From NCBI GenBank assembly GCA_036172245.1, contig JAYWIR010000017.1, positions 2,046,001-2,110,000 on the forward strand: a stretch of DNA of 64,000 nt, read 5' to 3'. How positions within the stretch are numbered: the first letter of the stretch is position 1; every line of letters starts with the position of its first letter. This document shows positions 52,697-64,000 of this stretch, in pieces. The translations under genes were made by a program, and so were the position numbers. Below the pieces are notes generated by a model. That model saw only the letters and a program-made list of their open reading frames with translations. It made no database searches and was not told the DNA's origin. Source of the DNA: Raillietiella orientalis (lineage: Eukaryota).

Positions 52697-55600
52697 GCTG
52701 CCTGTTTGCCGATCGCGTGCACTGCGTGTGCGTGTCCATGTCACTGTTATCAGAGCATCTTGGCGTAAGGGTTGCGAGTTTTGAGATAGAACGGTGTGCT
52801 GAGAGCCAGTTGGAAGGTCGAGGGGGCAGAGAACTGCGGGACGGGAGTCGTGCTCGGGATTTCTGGGAATGCGAATGAATGAAGGTGCTATGAATGGCGA
52901 CAGCCAGCTCCACGAGTTGCAAACAGTTTTTCTGTGACCATCATTAGTGGGATGATTTGCTCGACAGTTCAAGAGCGGGATATTTCGAACAAGAGGTGAC
53001 CTTTTTCATCGTATATCTAATATTTAACACCCACGATCTTTCCCGAAAATAAGAAGGAACTCAACTATGTTGACACCTGATCGTTCGCAGCGTTCCGAAT
53101 TTTTCTGAGAAATTCCAATATGAATTGCATGGGGGCTGCAAGTTTTCGAACTTGAGCTTGCAAATCACTTCGCATTTGTCGACTTTAGTGCATTTGGTTT
53201 TCTTGTTAATGTAGGTTTAGAGTGTTTTTTGTATACTATTGTTTCTGCAGCAAATTAGGGAAAGCACTTTTGCTTAGAATTTGACTAGTGGCACATTGAA
53301 AAAATTTTGGCTGTAAGGGAAGCGAATTTCTTCACGAGTATTTGTGAGTGAAGCATCTGAGCAATGCTAACCATATATTTGTTGATGGAAATCAATTTTG
53401 GACAAAAGTTGTTTGTTTTGAATTTTCAACCATGGAATTGGGCTTTGTTTCCTCCTTACTAACAAGGGCGTTCAATTCATTTGGAAGAATGACAAAGTGG
53501 TAATCATAACATAGAATACATTACTAAAGTTTTCAGTTTCGTGTTTCATTTTTGGAGATGGGATGAACGTTTTTTTGGATGGCATTGGTTGTCTCATGCG
53601 ATTCCAACTGCAAAATAATTATTCTTCATTGGTGATTCATGATGATTTATCTCTCCTGAAGTGCCTGCGTGATTCATGGATCTTATGGGAGTTTCAAAAC
53701 TTCCATAAGATCCATAAATTGCACTTCAGGAGAGATGAGAAATATGGTAGAACTGTCAATGTCAAAACCAGGATAGCATTCAAAAGCTTTAAAACAGATG
53801 TTTGCAGTGAACCCAGAAATTCGTTTGTGTTTGAATGCAAATGCTGCAGCGTGGATGGCCTGAAACATTGATCATTGGGCAGTAGTAATGATGAGAAACA
53901 AATTGATTTGGCAGTGGTCCCTTGGAATACTAGTTGCATCATGCTGTTACCAAATTTAAGTGTGCCTTTAACATGACAGATTAGTTTGAGAATCCAGAGA
54001 AATGCACTTCTGTGAGGTTACATTTAAAATTGCTTGCAAATGGTGTGCATGCCAAGAATAGATCAGTTGAACTGGAAACAAATGGAATAGCAAGAAGTTA
54101 TCATTTTGTTATTTAAATAAAATAACTCTAAGTAATAACCTTCTTAACATTTTTATGGTCAAATTCCTGTTTGATCCCTGCTTATTGCTATATGCATGCA
54201 ATGATAACAGGGTGATACATTTTCATACCTTATGTTTCTTAAACATGGTTGGGTTGCAATTGGATTGTCTGAATTCTGGGGTGTCTCATAGATTAAAGGA
54301 TATGTGAATGAAATGTAGGTAAACAATCCACATACAAAGACATAATTTTTTGATATCAGTCTCACTTTTGAAGTTCTCAGGAGTAAGACATTGGCTATGA
54401 TCTTTTGAAAGTCATTATTATCAGGACTATTGGATATCAAATAGGACTTGGAGAGTCATTGAATGTATTCTTTGTGTAACACTCATCAGATAAAGTGTCT
54501 TCTAGAACCCAAAATTCCAAGATTTTTTGCTCTGCTGTGAGCACTTGGAATGGGTCAATGCAGCTAAAACATTTCTTGAATTTCAAGTGATGCTGGCATG
54601 TCTTAAGGATGATTCAAGCATGCTGATAAAGTGGAACAAGGTTTTCCTTTTCTTTGTGCTGAAGCAATAGAATATGCTAACAGCGATGTTTTTGAACTTC
54701 ATACTGATGGTGAAGACAGCTACAATATGGTTTTTTCCATTCTGTATTGTGCATGTGAAGAGGCATGTTGCAAATTATCCATGTCAGGTTCTTTCAAAGT
54801 GCATAACAAAATCATGCAGCATCTCAGTTTTGAAATCCAATTGGAAAATTGTCTTGGTTTCTCATGATTCACAGTTCCTTATGGATGTAATAATAGAAAA
54901 TGCTGCATCATCTGAGGAAACTTTAATGATTTTATCTATGGATGGCTGATGTCAAACTTAAATGTTCAGTCACGTTCAGTTCAGTTCAACTTTCATCTGG
55001 TAGAGATTTACATGTTTATAAACATGGCATCTTTAAATTTGAGATCCCCTTTTTATGTGATCTATGTGATGAAGCTTTTCATAAACATTTGGAAAATTTT
55101 GTCAACAAATCTGGCATACATCCATGCTTTGCTCTTCTTAGGTTCTGATGCGATATGAATGGGTCATTCAGCTGGTAGGAAAGTTCCCTGCTTTTGAACC
55201 ATATTGGGAGAGACACATAAAAAAAGGTGAGGACTTATAAGTACTTGTTGACATATTTTTAAGGTGGAACAATGAAGGATTTCCAGAAATTCACGTATGT
55301 TCACCATGACTATCAAAACAAAGGGACTTTTAGAACATTTTCATTTTTCCAAATATGGGGAAGATACAGAATGCTTAAATGTTTGTTATTCCTCATGTTT
55401 TTTGATGTATATTGCTTGTGATTGGGATTGTGTGTGTTTTTGCTTTCTCTAAATGCACTTGGGGACTTTCTCTAGGTTTTTCTCCATTTATGTAGAAATG
55501 ATGTGCATTACTGTTTCATATTGCATGTCCTTGTAATTGCATTGCATGCAAAATGTAGCTTCACAGGTTTCTTATTGTTCTTTAAACCTGCCTGTTTCTG

Positions 55601-58600
55601 ATTTTTGGCATTCAAGTGGAATTCACTTGAATGCCAAACAATGCTTATTTTGTTTCAAAATATTGTTTTTATTGCAATCAATTTTATGGATGCATTGTGT
55701 CTTCAAATCATTACTGGCATTTAAAAATTGTTTTCATCTGAGTCATTTGTTTGCCTTCATTCTGTTTTCTCTTTGAGTGTCTTTCCACAAGCATCCATAA
55801 ACATGCAGCTTAATCTGTGGCTGTTGCTTATTGTTTTATCAATTGGGAACTGCTTACTGATTTTTGCTTGAATTGTGCACACTGTTGCATTGGTAAAAGC
55901 TCCAGCAGCATTCCATTAAGCTGCTCCTACTTGTATCTATGTTGCATGAGTAAAATGTAGTTGGCTTGATAAAGAGAGCATTTTAAAATGGCAAGTTGTT
56001 TGGTGAGCATGTGTACCATGCGTACTTGTGATTCGAAAAACATCAGTTTGCAATGATATTTGCATTGGCTATTTGGATGTTCAATGTTCATTGTCAAACT
56101 TTAATGTGTGTAAGCTAGAGTGCTGTCATCCACTGCATTGGTACCAAATCATGGGAAGCTGAGTTCCAGTTTCCTATGCATAGCATTATGCATTGCAGTT
56201 TTGTATGCCCCAATGCAAACATGTAAGCATGCATTTTTCTTGTTTCTTGGAGAATCGGCTTAGGGAAAAGTGCTACATGCAAGCGTTTTTGTTGAAAATT
56301 TCGCAATGGCTGGAGTCGCGGTGCTTGCAGTTTCAGCAGCATAATAACGCATTTAGAAAGATTTCTCTCCTGACATACTTTTTGGACTTTACAATAACGA
56401 TAGGAAAGTCTAGGGGCAGTCGTTCTGAGGAGTAAGGTGCAAGGATTTATGTGGTTAGGAACAGCTGCGACAAGTTATGTACGGAATCTTTTCGATTTGA
56501 TATGCCATAGCAAGAGTGAACTAGTCCCATGGAAGTTCCGAGATTGCAGCTACAGACCAACGAGATAAAATGTGGACATCCTCTTTGTGACAATGGAAAA
56601 AATGCTTCCTCAAATGAGGAAGCCCAAGTCGCCGCTTGTTGCCGGAGCAGCTTCTTTTTTTCAAGATATGCTGCATTCAGATAGGGTTCTACGATTGAAA
56701 TTGCTCACCAGCAGTGATAGAAGAATGAGGCCCTTCTGCATCCAAAAATTGAGTGGACGCAAATGGGTGCCACAAAAGTGCTTTAGGTGTTGAGAAATGA
56801 ATCGCGAATAATCGCAAAAGAGCTCGACTCCGAATCGTAGAAGTTCTTTAACAGTACATGTAGTGTTAGTGCTCTAGACCATGCAAGCAGTAGCGGTTCA
56901 TTCCACAATAGGTGTTAGAGCTCTGAAACCAACAAGACGAGCGAACCCATCAAATTGCAGACCTCCATGTCTCATGTCAGGGAACGTAGAGTCAGTAGAA
57001 TATTATCGTAGAATGTCAGTACAGCATAGGAGGCTGGAAGAAATATAAATTTTTTTGTTCATTCGATTGGTCTCTGTGGAAGTTTGTTGCAAATCGTTAC
57101 GACATTGCTACAACGTCGTCAATGAAAATGCTCCTTGGGAGATATATGCATGCGGTACTTGAAACCGGAAGAAAATTTCTGGATTCACAAGTGTGAAAAT
57201 GGAATTCCGATTTTCCAGACAAGAATTTAGTCCCATTGCGGAGGAATTACCATTTCATACAAACGGCTGTCTGTTTGTAAATTAAGTTTTGCAATAAACT
57301 TCTCGAAAGACCGCTCGAGAGGAGCGAACGAAGCAGTCCAGCTGGCGAATCCTCATTTGCCTCGCGTGCTCAGCATCTTATGCAGGATGCAAAGATTTCC
57401 TCCTTTTTGACGTGAGAGCTGCGGTCATCTTACCAACACCCTCAGAAAACAGAACAAGCTAAGATTGGCGTTCCTGTTCTGTCCCCACCAGGCTTAGCTT
57501 TTTGTCTGCTTAGATCCCTGGGAGCGGTACATAGCTGTTATCGCCTCGAGAGGCGACAATGCTGCAGGCGTAAGGAGAAGCCTCACCACGTCCGCTTACC
57601 TCTTGAATTCAGGGCCGTAGAGAAACGTTCTTACACATTTCGGAGAACACACTTTTATTTACCGATCTAAACCCGTCTTACATCTTATTAAACTTGCCAT
57701 GAAGGAGTTGGGAGACAGGTAACCAGCTGTCGTCTGAGCATCCATAAATGCCATACGAATCACCAATAATGTTAATCCTGACTCTATCATTTAGCTTACT
57801 GTTACTCTCATTCTTAAGGACAGAACCCCGGAATTCTCGGTTCAAGTGTTGAAAGTCAGTTTAGCCTTCTTGTCCTGGTAATATATTAATCACTTGAATG
57901 TTGAAATTAAGCATCAGATTTAATTCAGGGCCTCAGACGTCATGTGACACATCTTTGCTTATTTTCTGTCTTTAAATGATGTTCCTTTTAGCAAATCTAG
58001 AATCTATAATTTTAGAATCTAGAATAACAGGTTCAAAATTGTGGCTGCTTAATTTTGTCTGACGAAATAAGTACTAATCTCAGACTTCCAGCTTTCCAGC
58101 CTTTCAGACCACTCTGATAATAACTAGTTAACGAAATCATGCAGTGCATCTCCGGGTCACAATACTCATTTCTATTGTGTAGGTGTCAATGAATAAGGCA
58201 CCCACAGTGAACTCATCGCGTAGCATATGTATCAACTCTAGTTTGAACCTTCATCATGCATCATGCAGACTCAGAGCTGTCAGTTCATGTTAGGAGTGAT
58301 AGCATTAGAATTATTAGAATATTCCTCACACACTGGTTAGTAAGGATGTTTTTTCTTCTCGAGCAGCTAAGTATACAAATGCACATAAACTTTTTGCATC
58401 TCTTCTAAGATTGTATTTTGTATATCGTCAACTACAGACCTAAGATCAAATTGACTCCAATAATGTATGCAAGACGATATTGGTTCCCTCAAAATGTATT
58501 CGTATCTGGTATCACGATTATCAATTGGATTGCTCCAATTACTTTCACACAAAGATTTTGGTATTTGAAGGGCGTTCAGGAGACTCGGGTGGATTAATCT

Positions 58601-58899
58601 CTACCCTAGGACCTCGTTTGTCGCTATCTACTTGAGCCAGTTGTCTAGTAGTTATTCCTATTGTATTACCGACCATGATTTCTCCTTCACTATCACCTGT
58701 ACCTTCGTCTGTGCCCTTTTCAGACTCTGAGATTTGTGTTCTTGATACTCTCAGTTACACTTGTAGGTGGTTGTGTGCTCTTAGAGCTGGGTTGATCAGA
58801 TTCGTTTTCTGAATCTGTCGAAAGGCACATATAACGGTATGGACCTCTGGTATCTGGAGGGATGGGTCTCCATATGAACCGTCTCCTTTGCCCCCTGTA

Positions 58900-59270
58900 T
58901 CTAAGTCCTTTTGTTTTTTCTTGTCTGACGCCCTCTATGAGGCAAGACGGAAAACGGAAAACACCGCAAGACCCAAGGTTCGCCTCAAAGACCTGGTCGC
59001 ACCACGAAGGGATGCAGGACTCGTCATCCTCACGCTAAACAAGATAGACCTACAGTACCAGTTTAGGATGATGGTCTTGGTGACCAGAAACTGGATGCGA
59101 AATTGGTGTCTCACTTTCCGCGTGCCCAATTGGCTGCAAAAGCGTTGTTGCTACCTCTGAACCTAGACCTTATGAAAGTTCTTGGGTTCCCATTGAAGCA
59201 GATCGTTGCCCTGAGGAAAGAACATCAACTGATCTCCTGCCACTTCACAAATCACAACGCTTGGTGGCAG
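58900..59270 (+). mobile_element. Possible Penelope-like GIY-YIG endonuclease relic
   Basis: DALY-GKTEN (YIGKT-like, across a frameshift), VRLKD, LVSHF and RKEHQLI occur in the expected order. Confidence 0.3.
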
Positions 59271-59699
59271 AAAGCAGTAATCACCTTTATTCTCATAACG
59301 CTCACTGATGCAGCGTTGATACTGTTACTCTGAACCTACTGCATAAACAAATACACCCTATCCCGTGCCGATTTCCTTTAATTCGTTCTTTATTTTACAC
59401 GCTTGATTTACGGGATCAAGAGAAAATAAGTAGACTCAAAAGAATGGAAAACAGAGCTTCGAAAAATTCGTCTGTTCCTGATTCTGTACATTAGATTTCA
59501 ATCAGAATTCACAGAACAACAAATCCATACGTCAGAAAACATTCGCTAGTAATATGGTCCTGTAATTTCGATATGAACGATGTAATTCCAACATCTGAAA
59601 ATGGCAAGATGCTCACTGATTTCTTATTTCCACATAGTTATTGCTTGTATTGAGTGAATGCTTTCATATGAAACTAAGTGGAACCATTTTGCGGGAATG

Positions 59700-61500
59700 T
59701 CTGCCATTAATGAGCTTGTGAAACATGACGACATAGTGGATCCGCGATTATATTGACTGAAGCCATGTAAGTGGATACCAAAAATTCGAATGAGAATGCG
59801 ACCTCATATCCATAGTTATTTGAAAGCACTCTAATGATCAGGGGAACAACCTCTTCTTGGTAGCTAATTATCCGATTTACTGATTTCAACCGTCCAAGTG
59901 GCGTTCTTCACATTTATATGCGACCATTCCCATAAATATTCCCGTACTTAACTTACACATTGCTGTAAACATCTTCGATGAGAAACAGAATACATAGATT
60001 GGAAGAATAACGAAAAATGGAAATGCATTTCGAGCACTTACTAATTCCATATAATCGTCATGCTATGGTAATCTAATAATTATTCTAGGTTTACTTTACG
60101 GTTCAATCCATAATAATACGAGTTGAGCAAAAATTATGATTGCACATGCAGTGGTAATCATGATTTCACAATAGGCATTTTGAAACATTATATAAATATT
60201 ATTATAGAGTTATGCAAATCATTGTACTGTCACCATTACTGCATAATAATCATGGTGTGAACACTATACACTAATTGTGAAGACCGAAAAAACTCTAAAC
60301 ATTCAAATGCTCATAAAAATACAGGATATGAAGAAGATTATTATTATAAGTCCTTATTAGACAGCGTATGATGCATTTTGTAGCTATCACTTTCGGCATT
60401 CTAAAATGGAAATTCTGGTTGTTGAAACATGCTACAAATATGAAAAATGGATAGGAAGTGATAATAAAACAATGAAGATCAACATTCTGAATCGGGGACA
60501 TAGAACCATTTCCACCGATAGATAATTACATGAGTTACTTATGGGATACTTGAAATTCTCGTGATGTAATGATCAAGGATGATACGAATGTTAAAATGAT
60601 TACTTTAAAAATAAGCATTGTGGACAGAGATTGTAGCCTCCTAAGTACTAAGGTTTACATCAAAAGTTCATAATTGAGGCTAACATCTTCAACTTATCAC
60701 ATTGATGCAGCATGCTCGAATGGTTGAATCTACACAGTTTCTTAATGAAATACAGGCTAAGTGGATTTTCGAATGCTTTCGTACAATCGGGTGAGATTTT
60801 CAGTCCAATTAATGATAACCAAATGCGTTAACAAATGAAGATTCTTGATCATATACTTCCAACAAAACAAGCTGCACTCGGGTCTGTCTATTTTAGACAG
60901 ATCCAGAAAAAAATGCATGTCTTTCAAAGGGAATATTTTCGTTTCAAATCAATCGACATAACGCTTAATGGAGGAAAAACTAAAGTGCTAAGGGATGTTC
61001 TCTTACTAACTTATGAGATCAAGTTACTGACCCAGATATCAGATTGCCCCATAGAAAGAAAATCGAGTGTTGCCATCAAGAGCAATTCTTTCATGATTTC
61101 GTTTCCAAAATGCTCTCTTCAAGAGTTTTGCAGAAGCACTTCGCTTCTGAGGAAAGATAAGCACTATGTTCATCCAGGAATCACTAAACAATAGATGCAC
61201 TTCATGCAAATCAGTCTGAATAACTGTTGATCAAGCTACAAGATTCGAAATAAGATTTGCACGAAAAATTACGAAATTGGCAGCATTCTTCATCTTTCGT
61301 GCATTGCAAACACCTGTTCTCTTGCTGAACTCATCCTTTTCATTGCTTTCAAATTGGCGTTCAATAAAAATTCAAGGGGATCATTAGACAACATTTGCAC
61401 AAATGAAGAGCATTGTATACCTGAATGGAATAAAGTCCTACATTCTGAACAAGAAATAGCACCTTCATCACCCAGTAACTCCATTTACAATCTTGAAATC
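59700..61500 (-). pseudogene. Possible decayed, apparently intronless TRPC-like channel relic
   Basis: CSEC..SSFVQMLSNDPLEFLL..MSSAREQVF, RVQLVLLEVY, ENPLSLYFIK, then hydrophobic segments FIVLLSLPIHFSYL, LIIIIFFISCIF and IMITTACAIIIFAQL. Many stops. Confidence 0.3.
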
Positions 61501-61699
61501 TGCAGATTGTTACTTTGTCACACGCTTCTATATGAAAACCTTGGTTTCAAAATTCCTTTAGTTTTTTGATACAGGGCTGCAATTATAATCATGCATTGTG
61601 CTTCTGATTCGACATAGACTGTGCTCGCTAGTTGCACATACATGTGAGGTCATTCATGGACTAAACGAGTTTGCTATCCAATCCCCGAGTCCTGATAAA

Positions 61700-62440
61700 A
61701 GTGGAGTGAAAGCCTTCACGGGATTTGAATGTATCTGCATACATGAATGAATCACTGCTCATATCCATAGATATCAATATTTCCATACTGATGTATGTAC
61801 TTGTGTATATTGATTCCAATAGAGATGTGGATTTCATCCTATGAATATCAATGTGAATCCATGTATACAAATGTATGCATAAGTATACGCGCATATTCCT
61901 ATACAAAAGTATCAATCTGAAGAAACATTGGATACAAGGATATCTAGCTTGAGCGACTAGCAAGGATACACGCATGTATGCTGATTTTCCAATGAAAGTC
62001 AAACATGTTGTTATCTCTCCATGTGTACATTGATGCTAGCCGATTCAAATCAGGGAAACTGTGTGCATTTTTGTCTGTACGCATCACTATGAATTGCCAG
62101 ATGTACTCAGTTTGTTATGAAGATCAGTGTTTCAACATCAACGTATACCTATTGCTATTGACAACGAAATTGGAATATTATGTATATTGATATATACATA
62201 GGTATGCGTCGTATAGATGTATTGATACGCAATTGTGTGCATGCTCCTCGAACAACACAAACATACATATAAACATGTATCCATATATATGTATCTGTTG
62301 ATCATGTTATATTTGTAGATAAGTCCACACCCAAGCTCCCATTCTGTTGAGAAAATGTGTTCATTCCTGTGAACTTGCATGATGATGTTCACTTAAGTAT
62401 TAAAGAATATATATTTATTCATATATATACGTGTGTGTGT
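61700..62440. repeat. Low-complexity alternating purine/pyrimidine (TATA/CATG/TACA) tract
   Basis: Dense ATGTAT, ATACA, GCATG and GTGTGT words. Shorter similar patches at ~3130-3245, ~8375-8410 and ~36365-36535. Confidence 0.6.
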
Positions 62441-62849
62441 ATTCAGCAGTGTCCCCAGTGAGCAAACAGCGAATCCAGTGAAAAGTGACGGACACAAGCG
62501 GGGGGTGCGCTGCGGTCGGATAGAGTCCGTTGCCTATCGCACACGGACTCTACCTGCCAATATCGATTGATCCGTCATTTGGTGAAGATTCCTATCGGTA
62601 TCCAACCAGACCCAATGGAATGTTCTCGCTTTTTGTTCTTGACGGTGCGAATTTCGAAAGAGAGTCTCGATTTGCTCGAAGCAGTGGGCGAAGGAGAAGG
62701 AAGGCCGTAGCAACACCGTCTATGCACAGCGCTGAGGTAGATGCGAATCGCCCGATATTTCATCCACGAGACTGTCTTTCGGCGTTCCCATCTGGGAATT
62801 TGTACCACGGAAGCACAAAATCTCCCAAATTTCAACCAATCTGGAAACT

Positions 62850-64000
62850 CATTCAGGCTTCTCTTTCCTAAGCGGTATGGGAGAAGAGCGCGTATGTTGC
62901 AACGACTCCAGAAGCAGCGTGGTTTCCACAAGTTTCGGGATGGCGGTTTGACACTCATAGCAGAACGTATGGCTCTTGAAGATCATGAAACATTGGCGAG
63001 GACAGAACCAAAGCCTGGTAGGCTCCGGCTGTGGAAGTTTCGTTGCACAGAGGGATTCCTCATTTTCAAGTCCTTTTACCCTTTGAACGGGGGATCAATG
63101 GGAGTCGTGATTTCTTTGCGAGCGGGTGCAGCAAAACCCCTCGAGCTGCAAACTTTGCAAGAGGAACATGAAACCAAACTTCGTGTCGGATCCTTGCAAC
63201 AGCGACCAGGAAACAGAATTCTGCTTTCGTCGTCTTATCCTTGTCGAAAAGTACGTTCGCTCTCGTCTGCACCCGATGGGTGACGAGCGGAACCGCAACT
63301 CTGCCAGTACGCCAGCATAAGCGAAGAGAGGTGGCCTGAGGACATGCCAGGCGCAAGAAACCGTTTCTCCCTGATCGGAGCAGGCCGATGGCCGCTTACG
63401 TTCTGATGACCACCTCTCTTCTCCGTTTGGTTGTTCCTCTGATTCGAGGATGCGCAGCGGATTCGAGCGCGGTTCTCGTTGCACGCGACACGGGCAAGAA
63501 CATGGCTCCGGTGCTGGCTGCTTCATTGGACCTGCGAAGTTCCCGGAGGACAGCGAAGTGAACATTGAAAACGCATTCGGCATCGCAATATGCGGTGACA
63601 TTGCGTTTTCCTCCTCCCCTTCACCCACCTCATCGAACAAGGAACGAAACCATGGAAACGTTGCTGCGTACAGGATCGCATTCGAAATCCAAAATCTTCA
63701 GAGTAAAGATGCGAAGAGACTACGGCGTTGCGCTGCGGCGTTTAAGGCACAGAATCGACGGACTCCTCGACTCGCTGAAGAACGGTTGCCTCAGTGGGAA
63801 GCAGAAAGTTGCTTCGGTTATTGCGGACCAACAGCGCAGGGTGAACAAAACCCGTGCATTTAAAAAGAGGCTGGCAGCGAATTTGTACCACTACGGAAAC
63901 GTGGCAAGCGACATCAAGAAGGAGTGGCAGAGCGCCGGATGCACGCCAACACCCCGAATGGTGTCCAGGCTGCTATCGGTGCACCGATGGATCGTGAAGG
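62850..64000 (+). mobile_element. Decayed Copia-like LTR retrotransposon (protease, integrase), running off the window end
   Basis: LVGSGCGS (LDSGCS protease), MKPNFVS (LKxNLLS), ICGD, LRTNSAG (LRTDNGGE) and GVAERR..RMVSRLL. Protease directly followed by integrase is the Copia order. Confidence 0.5.

Noticed and set aside
1..64000. CRISPR arrays, operons, rRNA genes, telomeric arrays, spliced-leader exons
   Set aside because: None seen. The window is eukaryotic repeat-rich DNA.

Overview
Eukaryotic, not prokaryotic, DNA from an invertebrate animal: GT-AG introns, an invertebrate-type U2 snRNA fragment, and a mitochondrial ND1 insert that reads open in the invertebrate mitochondrial code. I found no intact protein-coding gene; the window is mostly decayed transposons and pseudogenes. 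Best-supported contents: (1) a nearly full-length, decayed R2-group (RT + CCHC + restriction-like endonuclease) non-LTR retrotransposon resembling Utopia, about 27.3-31.1 kb (-); (2) several copies of an R1/LOA-like LINE with RNase H, one with a perfect 15-bp target-site duplication (TSD); (3) a tRNA-headed, hairpin-rich SINE-like repeat in two copies; (4) a vitellogenin/LLTP-family pseudogene with 36-39 nt introns and an intronic pogo/Tigger relic; (5) an ND1 NUMT; (6) a U2 snRNA nt 1-37 retrocopy with a 12-bp TSD; (7) weaker Gypsy, Copia, RTE, Penelope and TRPC-like relics. Several junctions carry fold-back hairpins. All protein-family calls come from manual translation and motif recall, not database searches, and boundaries of decayed elements are approximate.
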